Shown piece by piece: positions 47,781 to 57,469 of a DNA stretch of 64,000 nt (position 1 is its first letter; each line of letters opens with the position of its first letter). The position numbers and the translations under genes are program-made. The notes below the pieces were generated by a model. That model was not told the DNA's origin, did no database searches, and was given only the letters and a program-made list of their open reading frames with translations. Source of the stretch: Epithemia pelagica (Eukaryota; Protista; Bacillariophyta); NCBI GenBank assembly GCA_946965045.2, contig OX337229.1:1302001-1366000 (forward strand), read 5' to 3'.

Positions 47781-48534
47781 GGTGTAAGTGTTTTAATTTG
47801 TTTGTCTGAACTAGTTATTCTGAAACCGGAATCGGAACTCCTCCTGAGAGAAGATGATGATACGACGATATGTGGTAATGGAAATAATTTTGAAAATCTT
47901 CGACGATGAGTCGAACAAATATGTTTCTATCAGGCAAAAAAGGATATTTTGCCTTGGACGCTGAGTTAATAGAGACGTGTGAATTGATGAGTGTTTTCCC
48001 AACCAGTTCTTGATGCGTCGAAGGCAGCCGAGGTTGAAAATTTGGAGAGATTGAGGTCAACGGCATGAACAGTTTAGCCCCTTGTGTATGGTCTTGTTGC
48101 GCTCCTGTTACTGGATGCTCTTTGGACGGATGAGGACAATACTACGGTCGAGAGAAAAAACCAAGCAGATTGATGAATAGCTCTATCTTTCTACAAGAGA
48201 ATCGGTTTCTTGGATGGATTTTGGATGGGTTTGATGCTGTGATACGTTCCGTTGCTGTTGTGCTGTTTGGAGGGAGCGAGAGTTGTCTGTACTGATGTGG
48301 AGTGACGTGGCCGATGCTGGCCAGACTCCTGCGACCGACATCAGAGGTGCGACTGCTCCGCCTCCTCGTCGCGAGGCGAGCATCCGATTTCGTTCCCCTC
48401 GGTTCTACGATTTGGATGACTCTTGATGCAGAGTCGTCGGAGCGTGAGAAGAGCTCACTCTTCTCGGGTTCAGCATCTTTGCAAGCAACGTTACGAGACG
48501 AGTACACAGGCAATCGCAAGATCCTAGTTAGCTT

Positions 48535-51399
48535 TTGAGTTCTAAACCTTACATCGTTACCATGACTTTCACCGATCTTCCTCCCTTTTTGAAGAATCCT
48601 CCCTCTTCCAAAGCAACGAGTTCTGTGGCTGGTCGTGCCAGTTCCCGCTCTTCGACGCCGATCCCCGGCGATCCGAAAGAGCCGACTGCTTCCTCTCATG
48701 GTCCCGACGATGGATTCTCTGACTCCGATATCCAAGATCTCGCCTTCCCTCCGAAAGGCAAGACGACATCGGACTCGAAAGGTTCTTTGAAGTCGACAAG
48801 CTCCTCCAAGAAAGTTGATTCGACGAAAGCCGCCCTCAAGGCCGCCTTTACGGATTCGACTCTTCTCTCCGACGATCCGCCTCCTGTCTCTCAAGATGAC
48901 GAAGATGCTCCCCAGAAGACTCTGAACGAAGAAGTCATCCCCGATGAAACCTTCGACGAAGCTGTCACCCCTTCTGACACTCCTTCTGCGCCTCCACGTC
49001 GATTCGAGTTGTACTTTGCCGACGGTTTTCCTCCTTCCGATGACAATGCCTTTGCTTCTCTGGTTGAAAGCGCTGCCAAGGTCAATCCGGTTGATTGGTG
49101 TGACTCTTTCTCCAACCCATTTCACATCTCCCTTGCTTGTGACAATGAGATTTGGAAACGTCTCTGCGCCTCTTTTGATCGCCTCTCTACTGCAGAAGAC
49201 CTTCATATTTGGTTGTCCTCCAAGATCAAGCTTAGTTCCCTTGCCTTTTTAGGCGCCTCCCGTTCCGGTCGTCCCTTGGTCCTCCACAACGTCTTCTCCC
49301 CTGAAGACTGTGGCACACTTGTCAATCCCACATTGACATTTTATGCCCTTGATCGAAAGACGTTCGATTCTCCGCCCTTCGAGATTCCCCAAGAAGATAT
49401 GTCCGAGATCATCCGCTCCTCCATGCATCGGAACGTGCCTACTTTTGAAGAAATCATGGCCCATTGCGTTATTGAGCACAATCCCCCTCTAGACGCGGAC
49501 CATCCCAATTTCTTCTTCGACCCCGAGAGTTTGAAAACTCTCCTCCCAGCCTCCCCCTCCAAGCGCGATCAGGAACACACCTTTTCCAGCTCTAGTTGGT
49601 GTTTGATTCCACCCGCTCTAGCCGGTTTGATTGTTAGGAACTTCGACCCTTCCACCTTTGATCGCGACGAGTCCTGTGGTGCCTTTGCCAGCGACTTATA
49701 CAAGACAGCACTCTATCACTGGTGGACATTGACTCAAGTTGACTCTGCATCCCCCAGTGACAAGAGCGTTCCACTCGACTACCCCCTTCTAGCCATTCAA
49801 GCCCCCTTGTTTCGCTTTTTGTGGTTGTTGGAACACAAACGTTCTTCTCTCACGGTGACTCATCCTTCCCTCCCGAAAGATCTGAACCGTGCTGTAGATT
49901 GCCTTTCCGTTCGAAAGACGCACATGTTTCCGACTCTTTCCTCTTTCGTCGAGTCCCCGACTCCGAAACGATCCAACTCAACCCCCAAGCACTCGAATCC
50001 CCATCCCTCAACCACCACCACTCCGTCACCCCATTCGACATCGACCGATTCGACGACTCCCATCCTCGCATCCTCTCCACCGGTTGATTGTTCTAATTCT
50101 CCGTCTGGTGTCCGTGTGCTTGATGATGACGGCAACGTGCATTTCGTGTCTCCGGAAATGTTTCTTCTTTCCAAATGCATAAAAGAAGTCACATCGAAGA
50201 AATCCCCAACCGAAGACGATATTACAGCGCCCGAATCGAAGAGCATGTTTCGCGACATGCCACTTCATGCACAGAAGCACCTTCGTCTGAGTGTTGTAAA
50301 TCGTTCCCATTCAAGCCTTCCCGACGAATTGACCGACATCATAAAGACTGTTTGGAAATCGAAGAACTCTTCTACCTTCTTTGAGTCTTTTGTCGCTGAA
50401 GTGTTTGATCCCACCGATAACGCCTGTACTATTCTACTCGGTCAGTGCGCTGTTATCCAACGCTTGGGACTTCGTTGGAAATCTGAAGCCTCCCCAGGAG
50501 GCTTCAGCCCCTTTTCCTTCGACCCTTACGCTATCCCAGGCATTGACTCGTCCCACACCCTCGACAAGAACATACGACAACAAATTCACGATGCTTCTCT
50601 CTGCCACCTGAACGAGATGAAGCAATCCAAGGAGATGCAACAACTTTATACAAACCATAATTTGTTCTTCCCTCGAACGGAAGACGAGTTCGAAAAACAA
50701 CTCCGTTCTTTTTGGTCGTGCTCCAAGGGCCTTTGTGGAGCCACATCCTTCATCTCTTCCCAGATACTGAAAGTTTTGAACTTTTTCCACCAACATCGAT
50801 ACCTCATCATCGCGAAGATGCAAAGTTCAGGCAACGAGTTCTACTTCGGCCAAATCCTTTTTGGCGTCGACGAAGCTATCCAAGAGTTTGTGGGAACGTT
50901 GAGCAAAGCTCAGCAGATTGACGACATCGGTTTCGACGATTTGGAGAAGCGCATCAATTGGCTCCTTTTTACCATCAAGACCGGTGCTCCTCTTGGTGGC
51001 CTCCCTGCAGCCCTCCAAGCAAAATTCCAAGCACAACAATCGAAGAACAATTCCTCCAAGAAACGTTCCAACCCTTCCGATGATTCCTCCTCATCCAAGA
51101 AGCAAAATCAATCATTGTCCGGCACTTCGATCCCCAAGACCGCTACCACATTCGACATCCCCTCCAACTGGAAGATTCCCAAAGGAAAAGCGTACGCCAA
51201 GATCTTCAAGCCATCGGTGATAGCCAACATTCCTTCGATCGAAAAAGACGGAGAACAGATTCCCTTCTGCAACGTCCTCTTCTCAAAGGGGTGGTGCCGA
51301 AAAGGAAAGAAATGTGGCTACTGCCATGATGACCCGGCCAAACACGACAAGAAAACCGCCATGGACGAGTATTTCAAGTCGGCTTATGAGACAGCCTGA
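48535..51399 (+). CDS. Gag-like ORF1 with a C-terminal C-x8-C-x5-C-x3-H zinc finger
   Basis: About 950 uninterrupted codons (first ATG at 48562), Ser/Pro-rich, ending in CNVLFSKGWCRKGKKCGYCH near the C-terminus. Confidence 0.75.
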   Translation: MSSKPYIVTMTFTDLPPFLKNPPSSKATSSVAGRASSRSSTPIPGDPKEPTASSHGPDDGFSDSDIQDLAFPPKGKTTSDSKGSLKSTSSSKKVDSTKAALKAAFTDSTLLSDDPPPVSQDDEDAPQKTLNEEVIPDETFDEAVTPSDTPSAPPRRFELYFADGFPPSDDNAFASLVESAAKVNPVDWCDSFSNPFHISLACDNEIWKRLCASFDRLSTAEDLHIWLSSKIKLSSLAFLGASRSGRPLVLHNVFSPEDCGTLVNPTLTFYALDRKTFDSPPFEIPQEDMSEIIRSSMHRNVPTFEEIMAHCVIEHNPPLDADHPNFFFDPESLKTLLPASPSKRDQEHTFSSSSWCLIPPALAGLIVRNFDPSTFDRDESCGAFASDLYKTALYHWWTLTQVDSASPSDKSVPLDYPLLAIQAPLFRFLWLLEHKRSSLTVTHPSLPKDLNRAVDCLSVRKTHMFPTLSSFVESPTPKRSNSTPKHSNPHPSTTTTPSPHSTSTDSTTPILASSPPVDCSNSPSGVRVLDDDGNVHFVSPEMFLLSKCIKEVTSKKSPTEDDITAPESKSMFRDMPLHAQKHLRLSVVNRSHSSLPDELTDIIKTVWKSKNSSTFFESFVAEVFDPTDNACTILLGQCAVIQRLGLRWKSEASPGGFSPFSFDPYAIPGIDSSHTLDKNIRQQIHDASLCHLNEMKQSKEMQQLYTNHNLFFPRTEDEFEKQLRSFWSCSKGLCGATSFISSQILKVLNFFHQHRYLIIAKMQSSGNEFYFGQILFGVDEAIQEFVGTLSKAQQIDDIGFDDLEKRINWLLFTIKTGAPLGGLPAALQAKFQAQQSKNNSSKKRSNPSDDSSSSKKQNQSLSGTSIPKTATTFDIPSNWKIPKGKAYAKIFKPSVIANIPSIEKDGEQIPFCNVLFSKGWCRKGKKCGYCHDDPAKHDKKTAMDEYFKSAYETA

Positions 51400-51411
51400 C
51401 ATGATACCGGG

Positions 51412-54216
51412 TTGATTGTTCCGTCTTCCTCTTCCCCTATCACCACACCTTCATGCGACTCTCAACCCACTAGATCTAATACATTAGTTGTCGAGTCTTC
51501 CACCTCTTCGAAGTCCTCGACTCCAGCATCCATCGACGTCATCAGACCATCCTTCCTCCCACCCATCGCACCATCCTCCTCATCCATCATGCCAGCCATT
51601 CCGTCAACAGCGAATCCGTTCTTCACCGAACACCCCTCCAATCAGTACTCCAGGAATCCAGGATCCATTCGGAAATCTATTGCACCCGCAATCAAGATTT
51701 CAGTCCCACCAAGAAACACTCATCACGCCACAAAATTTTCCCAACGTCAATCCCCCACGGACCCATCGACACCCTCACATACAGACTCTTCCCCATCCAC
51801 GACTACGCCGGGCGAGCAACTCGTCCTCCCAAGACCCCCAAGTCCCCCAAAACTGGCCTCACATAATGACAGATCTCTTCCAGGAAGTGAAACTGCTATT
51901 ATCGGCTCAGATTTCTCCGGCCAACCCCTAGCTCGAAACGTCAGACGTCTCGAACAAGCACATCGCGCCGACAAACAACTATTAGGTGAGTTACAAGTTC
52001 TACCGTTCCAGTCTCCTTCCCAGCCGTTCTCCAAGCTCTACCTTCCAAATGACGTATCCAAGATCTTCCCCACAAGACTACGCCCACCTCCACTCCATCC
52101 AGTGACCCATCCCATCGAGCTATCCCTTCTCCAAGCCATAAGTGATCGCGAAGAGCTTACACCCATGCCTTCCCCATTCCGTCACAGTATCGATCCCGAA
52201 GACGTCATCCACAATGCTGAGTTCAACTCCAGGTTGATTGCCGAATATGACATGGACTTGCAAAAATTATTTGACCATCATCCGAACAACATCATCACAC
52301 CAGGATCCGAATTTCGTCCAGCGGAGATTCTTCAACCACTCTTAGAAGGACACCCTTACTGGCCTCGACTCCATCGCCTGCTCACCCACGGCGTTGCCTA
52401 TCCACTCAAGGCAGTCGAGTACGAACCCGCCAGAAGAGCCGAAAATGACGCCATACTCATGTATGGCAATCATGCATCCGGCAAGAAACACCCGGAGGCC
52501 CTCTCCAAAGTGCTCAAAAAGGATGCCGCAAATGGATTCTCCTTGCCAATCACATTTGATTGTGCGCGCAACATAAAACACAGCCGAATCAGCCCCATGG
52601 GTGTAGCACAACAATTCGGTATAGACGCTCACGGCGATCTAGTCCCCAAGGACAGACTTACCCACGACCAGTCGTTCTCCTTGGGCCATTGCCCATCTAC
52701 CAACGAGTTGATTGATCAATCCCAGTTGATCGACCTCGTTATGGGCCATTGCCTCGATCGAATCATTCACCAAATTGTTGCATTGCGATGGCATTTCCCC
52801 ACGGACCGAATTTTGATCAGTAAATTTGACTGGTCATCCGCCTACCGCAGAATACACGGCGACGGCGACGTAGCAGCCCGCAACATCACGATCGACCCAT
52901 CCAACGAGTTCGCGCACTTGAACCTCCGGCTCACCTTCGGCGCCGCCGCAAATCCAGCCGAATTTTCGATCGTCTCTGAAATCGGCACCGATCTCTGCAA
53001 TGACCTCGCAGATTTCACCGACTGGACCCCAGCAGATTGTGAATCACCTCTGCAAGCCGGCGTTGGCCCACCAGAGTACATCGACTCAGATGACGATCCA
53101 GCTCCAGCACACGAACTTGCCGTCGCCGTACCCCCACGTCCCCACGGATTTCATGACTCCTATTTGGATGACATGATACAACTCTTTTTGGCCACCCCAG
53201 CAAACATCCAACGATGTCCCTCCATCGTCCCGTTGATTGTTCATGTGATGACAAGGCCAGTCGCTCCAGACGAACCCATCCGCCGAAAAGAAATGCTCGA
53301 AGCCGACAAATTGACTGCCGAGGGCGCTCCAGCAGAATTGCAACGTGTGTTAGGATGGATGGTCGACACACGTCGACTTCTCCTCAGTCTGCCATCCGAA
53401 AAGAAGATTGCATGGACTAAGGAAGTCAACCACCTCCTCAAAACCCGACGAACAACCTTCGACGCCTTGCGCAGCCTCGTCGGCAAGCTACAACACTCCA
53501 TCAAGGGCATCCCCCTGGCCGGGTTTTGGTTGTCGCGCCTCCGAGAGTATCAAATATTTCTCGAACGTTCTTTCCAACAGAAACAAGCCAAACGACGAAA
53601 ACTCGATGAGACCAATGACGACACCAACAAAACGGACTCCCGTCCTCATCCTCCCACTCGAAACACTCCCCCTCCGTTCTACCGATACACCATTCCGGAA
53701 TCCCTCATTCCAGACCTCCAAATGTGGCCATCCCTTTTGGCACATTCCAACGAAGGTGTCTCCCTCAACCGACTGGTTTGTCGCGTACCAACACATTTGT
53801 TCCACGCAGACGCATGCCCTGAAGGGATGGGCGGTTACTCTGTGCGGTCGGGCCGAGCTTGGCGCTGCCAACTGGACACCACGAAACTTGATGAACTGAA
53901 GAACATCGCGGATTGCGACCCTCATCGATCGAACAATCTCTTCGAATTCATCGCAATTGTTGTTTCCATCTGGGTGGATTGCTGGTTTGGAGAAGTGACT
54001 GCCGACGACGCCGTCCTTGCCCTGTCAGACAACTCCTCTGCCGTCGGATGGATGCACAAGACATCCTTCGGTTCCGACAAACCACTCCACGTAAAAGTAG
54101 CAGAAAAACTAACTCGACTTGTTCTCGATCGAAAATTCGCCCTCCAATCCGAGCACATCCCTGGCAAACAGAACGATGTGTCAGATTTGTTATCTCGTGC
54201 ATGGCCTCGGTTCTGA
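51412..54216 (+). CDS. Pol ORF2: reverse transcriptase + RNase H
   Basis: RT motifs KFDWSSAYRRIH, LTFGAAANPAEF, YLDD (53161-53172) and VLGWMVDT. RNase H motifs ADACPEGMGG, NLFEFIAI, SDNSSAVGW and HIPGKQNDVSDLLSR. Confidence 0.9.
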   Translation: MIVPSSSSPITTPSCDSQPTRSNTLVVESSTSSKSSTPASIDVIRPSFLPPIAPSSSSIMPAIPSTANPFFTEHPSNQYSRNPGSIRKSIAPAIKISVPPRNTHHATKFSQRQSPTDPSTPSHTDSSPSTTTPGEQLVLPRPPSPPKLASHNDRSLPGSETAIIGSDFSGQPLARNVRRLEQAHRADKQLLGELQVLPFQSPSQPFSKLYLPNDVSKIFPTRLRPPPLHPVTHPIELSLLQAISDREELTPMPSPFRHSIDPEDVIHNAEFNSRLIAEYDMDLQKLFDHHPNNIITPGSEFRPAEILQPLLEGHPYWPRLHRLLTHGVAYPLKAVEYEPARRAENDAILMYGNHASGKKHPEALSKVLKKDAANGFSLPITFDCARNIKHSRISPMGVAQQFGIDAHGDLVPKDRLTHDQSFSLGHCPSTNELIDQSQLIDLVMGHCLDRIIHQIVALRWHFPTDRILISKFDWSSAYRRIHGDGDVAARNITIDPSNEFAHLNLRLTFGAAANPAEFSIVSEIGTDLCNDLADFTDWTPADCESPLQAGVGPPEYIDSDDDPAPAHELAVAVPPRPHGFHDSYLDDMIQLFLATPANIQRCPSIVPLIVHVMTRPVAPDEPIRRKEMLEADKLTAEGAPAELQRVLGWMVDTRRLLLSLPSEKKIAWTKEVNHLLKTRRTTFDALRSLVGKLQHSIKGIPLAGFWLSRLREYQIFLERSFQQKQAKRRKLDETNDDTNKTDSRPHPPTRNTPPPFYRYTIPESLIPDLQMWPSLLAHSNEGVSLNRLVCRVPTHLFHADACPEGMGGYSVRSGRAWRCQLDTTKLDELKNIADCDPHRSNNLFEFIAIVVSIWVDCWFGEVTADDAVLALSDNSSAVGWMHKTSFGSDKPLHVKVAEKLTRLVLDRKFALQSEHIPGKQNDVSDLLSRAWPRF

Positions 54217-54702
54217 GGCCTTCGGCAAAACTGTGCGTCTGATTGTAGTTTCATATCTTTTAGGAAACCTCAACGGACAAAGTTTTGACTGACTTGCGAT
54301 CTCTCGGACAGACTCGAAACGACACGTGCTCAGGATGTGTTCGTAGTGTCTCTTCGGATGGAGGAGGGAGACGAGAGGTCGAAGAGACGTGGGGTGTGGG
54401 GTGCAGCGAACGTGACGTGTGGGATTGCGAAAGTCCGTCTGCTGACGTCCGTCCTTCGTCCATCGCGATGTTGGCTCGCGCGGAAAAAGGTGCGCAAGGC
54501 GCGATTCGAAAAATAGTGAAGCGTGAAGAGTGAAGCGAGTGAAAATGATACGAATAGCAATGTTCCATCCACAATCCACAAGCACAAGGCCCTTCCAGAG
54601 ATCGAGCCGTATGACCAGACCCCTTGCCCAGGATCATTTGTAATAAAGTTGCGGTGGAGCAGCCCTTTTTACGAATCTTTTCAGAAATAAACAAATATCA
54701 TC

Positions 54703-55421
54703 ATGACGGAGTATGGAACAGAATTATTGAGACGACAGCTCAATGGTAGGTAGCTTCCCAGCCTCGGATCCACCGCTTTTTGTGTATTGAAGACAAAGAC
54801 ATTTGGTGGCCTAGTCCCTATGTTTACAATGTTCCTCAGGCCAAAATGCTGATTCTTTTTCTTATTCATTGGTTCGCGATTGTCTTGTTGGTACTTTGGA
54901 CTCACCCTTGTATTGTTTCCATGACTGAATTTGTGGTTGTCGTACGTGGTATACGTATAGACTTAGCGAAGAATCCAATTGACTTGGTATCTGTTGGATT
55001 GGTAGACGATTCGAATGTATACGAATGGGAGATTTTAATCATGGGTCCGGATGGCACACTTTTTGAGGGTGGCTTTTTTAAAGCACGTTTAGCTTTTCCA
55101 AACGATTTTCCCAATATGCCTCCTACGATGACATTCCTATCAGAGATGTGGCACCCCAATGTTTACCCCGATGGGCGAGTTTGTATCTCTATTTTGCACC
55201 CACCTGGTGAAGATGAATTCAATCAGCAGGAGACGGCAGAAGAGCGCTGGCGACCAATTCTGGGAGTGGAACAAATCTTGGTGTCAGTCATTTCAATGCT
55301 CTCTGATCCCAATGATGAATCACCCGCAAATCTCGATGCAGCGGTTATGTGGCGGAATGACAAAAGTGCATTCAAAAAGAAAGTTCGACAGGTGGTTCGA
55401 AAGAGTCAGGAGGAATGCTAA
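54703..55421 (+). CDS. UBC7: Ubiquitin-conjugating enzyme E2, UBC7/UBE2G family
   Basis: Exon 1 (54703-54745) gives MTEYGTELLRRQLN; intron 54746-54960; then WHPNVYPDGRVCISILHPPG with the family-specific acidic insertion, and SPANLDAA. Confidence 0.92.
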
Positions 55422-55850
55422 TGACAATCTCTGATCGCAAGAAGTATATCGACTCCTTTCATTTGGGTCATATGTACTTATGGTACTTTCGATTGACTTA
55501 ATGAAACAATGTTGAATACTTCGGGTAGCTTGCTGATGGGTGCACGATGCCCTTTTTAGGTCAACATTTTGTGTTTCATCGATATTATTTTATAAAATGG
55601 TAGTTGGACCTTTCGGTGATCTCAATGCACGTGCTCTAGTTCAAGATGGACTTTGTGTTGGCCCCCCTTGGCAAAAGGGAACAACGAATTAACTTCAACC
55701 ATCCTAATCCTATCCGTAAGCGCGAGGTGTCCCATCATAATATGAGTTATGAGTTTCTCTCAATTCTGCGGGCTTGCATTCCTTGAGAAATGACCATCGG
55801 GAATACGATTCCAACGGAGTGGACAAAAGAAACATACGACAGCAAAGAAT

Positions 55851-57215
55851 CTATTCCTTAAGCTCCACAGCAACTGATACCTCATTCAGTCGCTTCCATG
55901 GCGGGGTGAACGGGTCGTTGTATTGTGCGACAGACACAGTCTCTCCCTCTGGTACTTTCCAGAGTGAGCTTGACTGTTCCAACTCTTGTAAAAGCAGTTT
56001 TGTTTGTTGCTCGATTACCTTTTCGGAAGCGTAGCCTCCAAACATGACAACAGCTCGATCAGCCCCTTCAAACCTCTCTAAAGATACTCCGCTACCCTCA
56101 AGTGGCTGCGGCGCCGTAGCAAGAACCGACTCATCCTTCCAGTACTCCGAGGGTAAAACAAACGACATGAGCTTTTCTTTCTTTCCATCACTGTTACCAG
56201 AAGAGCTTTCGCCCGCCAAGAATCTTGTATTCGTCAAAACAGGTGTTGTCATTTTCATGGATAAATTCTGTTCGTTCTTTCCAAACAGGTAACCCGCCAA
56301 GGCTTCAAAAGCAGATGCTCCGCGGAGGGTAGGCTCAGAAATCTTGGCATCTGTTCTTGAAGAGTCAGATGGGCGTTCTTTAGTCATGGGTACGGAACAG
56401 ACCGCAAAGTCCTCATACCGACGAATTTCGAATGTACCAGATTTCTTCTCCACGACTGAGTAATTGGGCGTCTCCAATCCCTCAGGACGACGGCTCGTCA
56501 AGTCTTCCCCGTTCCTATCCCTTTTATCTATGCATTTGTTTCGTTGAAGTTCAACGCGAGCCTTCTTTTCCAAAACGACAATTGGCGGAAGTTGTTTTCC
56601 TGAGTATGAGCCGTCCTTTTCATTGTCCGTGGAAAGGGATCTCAGAATAGACACTAAAGCTCTCATCCGACGACGACGACGTTCCTCAATGGGTTGCTCG
56701 TTTTCATCAATTTCAGAGCTTCGTGGAGGTGTGGTCAAGTTCAAGGTTCGGCGAAGGGAGGCCCATCGAGCTCTCTTCGAAAATCGGCCCAAGAATCGGA
56801 TATTGGTCCAGAATGGCAACCGTTGAGAATCAGGCCCGTTATCAAGCAACGAAGTCATCAAATCCAGAAATGCTGAATCGGAGGCTTCTGTCGTTTCCTT
56901 TCTCAGAAGTGAGATTTTCTCAAGCAGCTCCGATGCAGCAGCTTTCGACGTGGAGCTCGAAAGAGCATCTTGCAACAACACCAGGCACTTGTTCGGATCA
57001 ACACTAACCGAGTCTTTTATTACGTCGGCTTTCGGATTTCGGAGATAATCTGTTTGTCGAATAAGAGAGTTGTTGAGCGAGATCTTGACTCCATCCAAGA
57101 TTTTCCATGAACCTCGAGATGCTCCTGTGTGGACGCTCATGAAAGGCCTAGGATTTGGTATAAAAGCATCGACTTGGGTCGCCAGAACCATCAACATCAC
57201 CAATAGATTCATCAT
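55851..57215 (-). CDS. SOUL heme-binding family protein, probably plastid-targeted
   Basis: Signal peptide ending VDAFIP; ETPNYSV, FEIRRY, AFEALAGYLFGKN, MTTPV, MSFVLPS and QYNDPFTPPWKRLNEV. Confidence 0.88.
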   Translation of the reverse strand: MMNLLVMLMVLATQVDAFIPNPRPFMSVHTGASRGSWKILDGVKISLNNSLIRQTDYLRNPKADVIKDSVSVDPNKCLVLLQDALSSSTSKAAASELLEKISLLRKETTEASDSAFLDLMTSLLDNGPDSQRLPFWTNIRFLGRFSKRARWASLRRTLNLTTPPRSSEIDENEQPIEERRRRRMRALVSILRSLSTDNEKDGSYSGKQLPPIVVLEKKARVELQRNKCIDKRDRNGEDLTSRRPEGLETPNYSVVEKKSGTFEIRRYEDFAVCSVPMTKERPSDSSRTDAKISEPTLRGASAFEALAGYLFGKNEQNLSMKMTTPVLTNTRFLAGESSSGNSDGKKEKLMSFVLPSEYWKDESVLATAPQPLEGSGVSLERFEGADRAVVMFGGYASEKVIEQQTKLLLQELEQSSSLWKVPEGETVSVAQYNDPFTPPWKRLNEVSVAVELKE

Positions 57216-57469
57216 TTTCTTCCGCAGGAAGGCCACTTGAGATTGAAAAGCTCTATTCATGGCTGCCTCAGCAGGGAGAAGATGGTTAACTACAAGAGAG
57301 AGACAATGAAAATCTCAGATTCTCGCTACGGATCTGACACGTCATCTTTTGTTATTCCTCTCACCCAGAAACTGGAGGACAAAAAGTGTCTTCTAGCAAT
57401 CGAGGCTATGTGTCCCCAAGTCCCCAACGACGTGAACCAGTCGCCCATACCGATGCACCGATCCACCAT

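Larger units (their letters stand above)
48535..54216 (+). mobile_element. DIRS/Ngaro-type (tyrosine-recombinase class) retrotransposon body, lacking the YR ORF; termini undefined
   Basis: A gag-like ORF with a CCCH finger followed by RT and RNase H of the DIRS/Ngaro type. No integrase, protease, YR or terminal repeats were found. Confidence 0.8.

Noticed and set aside
48080-48534. Search for LTR, ITR or split direct repeats of the retroelement
   Set aside because: No direct or inverted match to 54216-54700 was seen by eye, so the termini are not called.
48142-49206. 354-aa antisense ORF overlapping the gag start
   Set aside because: No recognisable motifs; explained as a shadow of the C-rich, Ser/Pro-biased sense strand.
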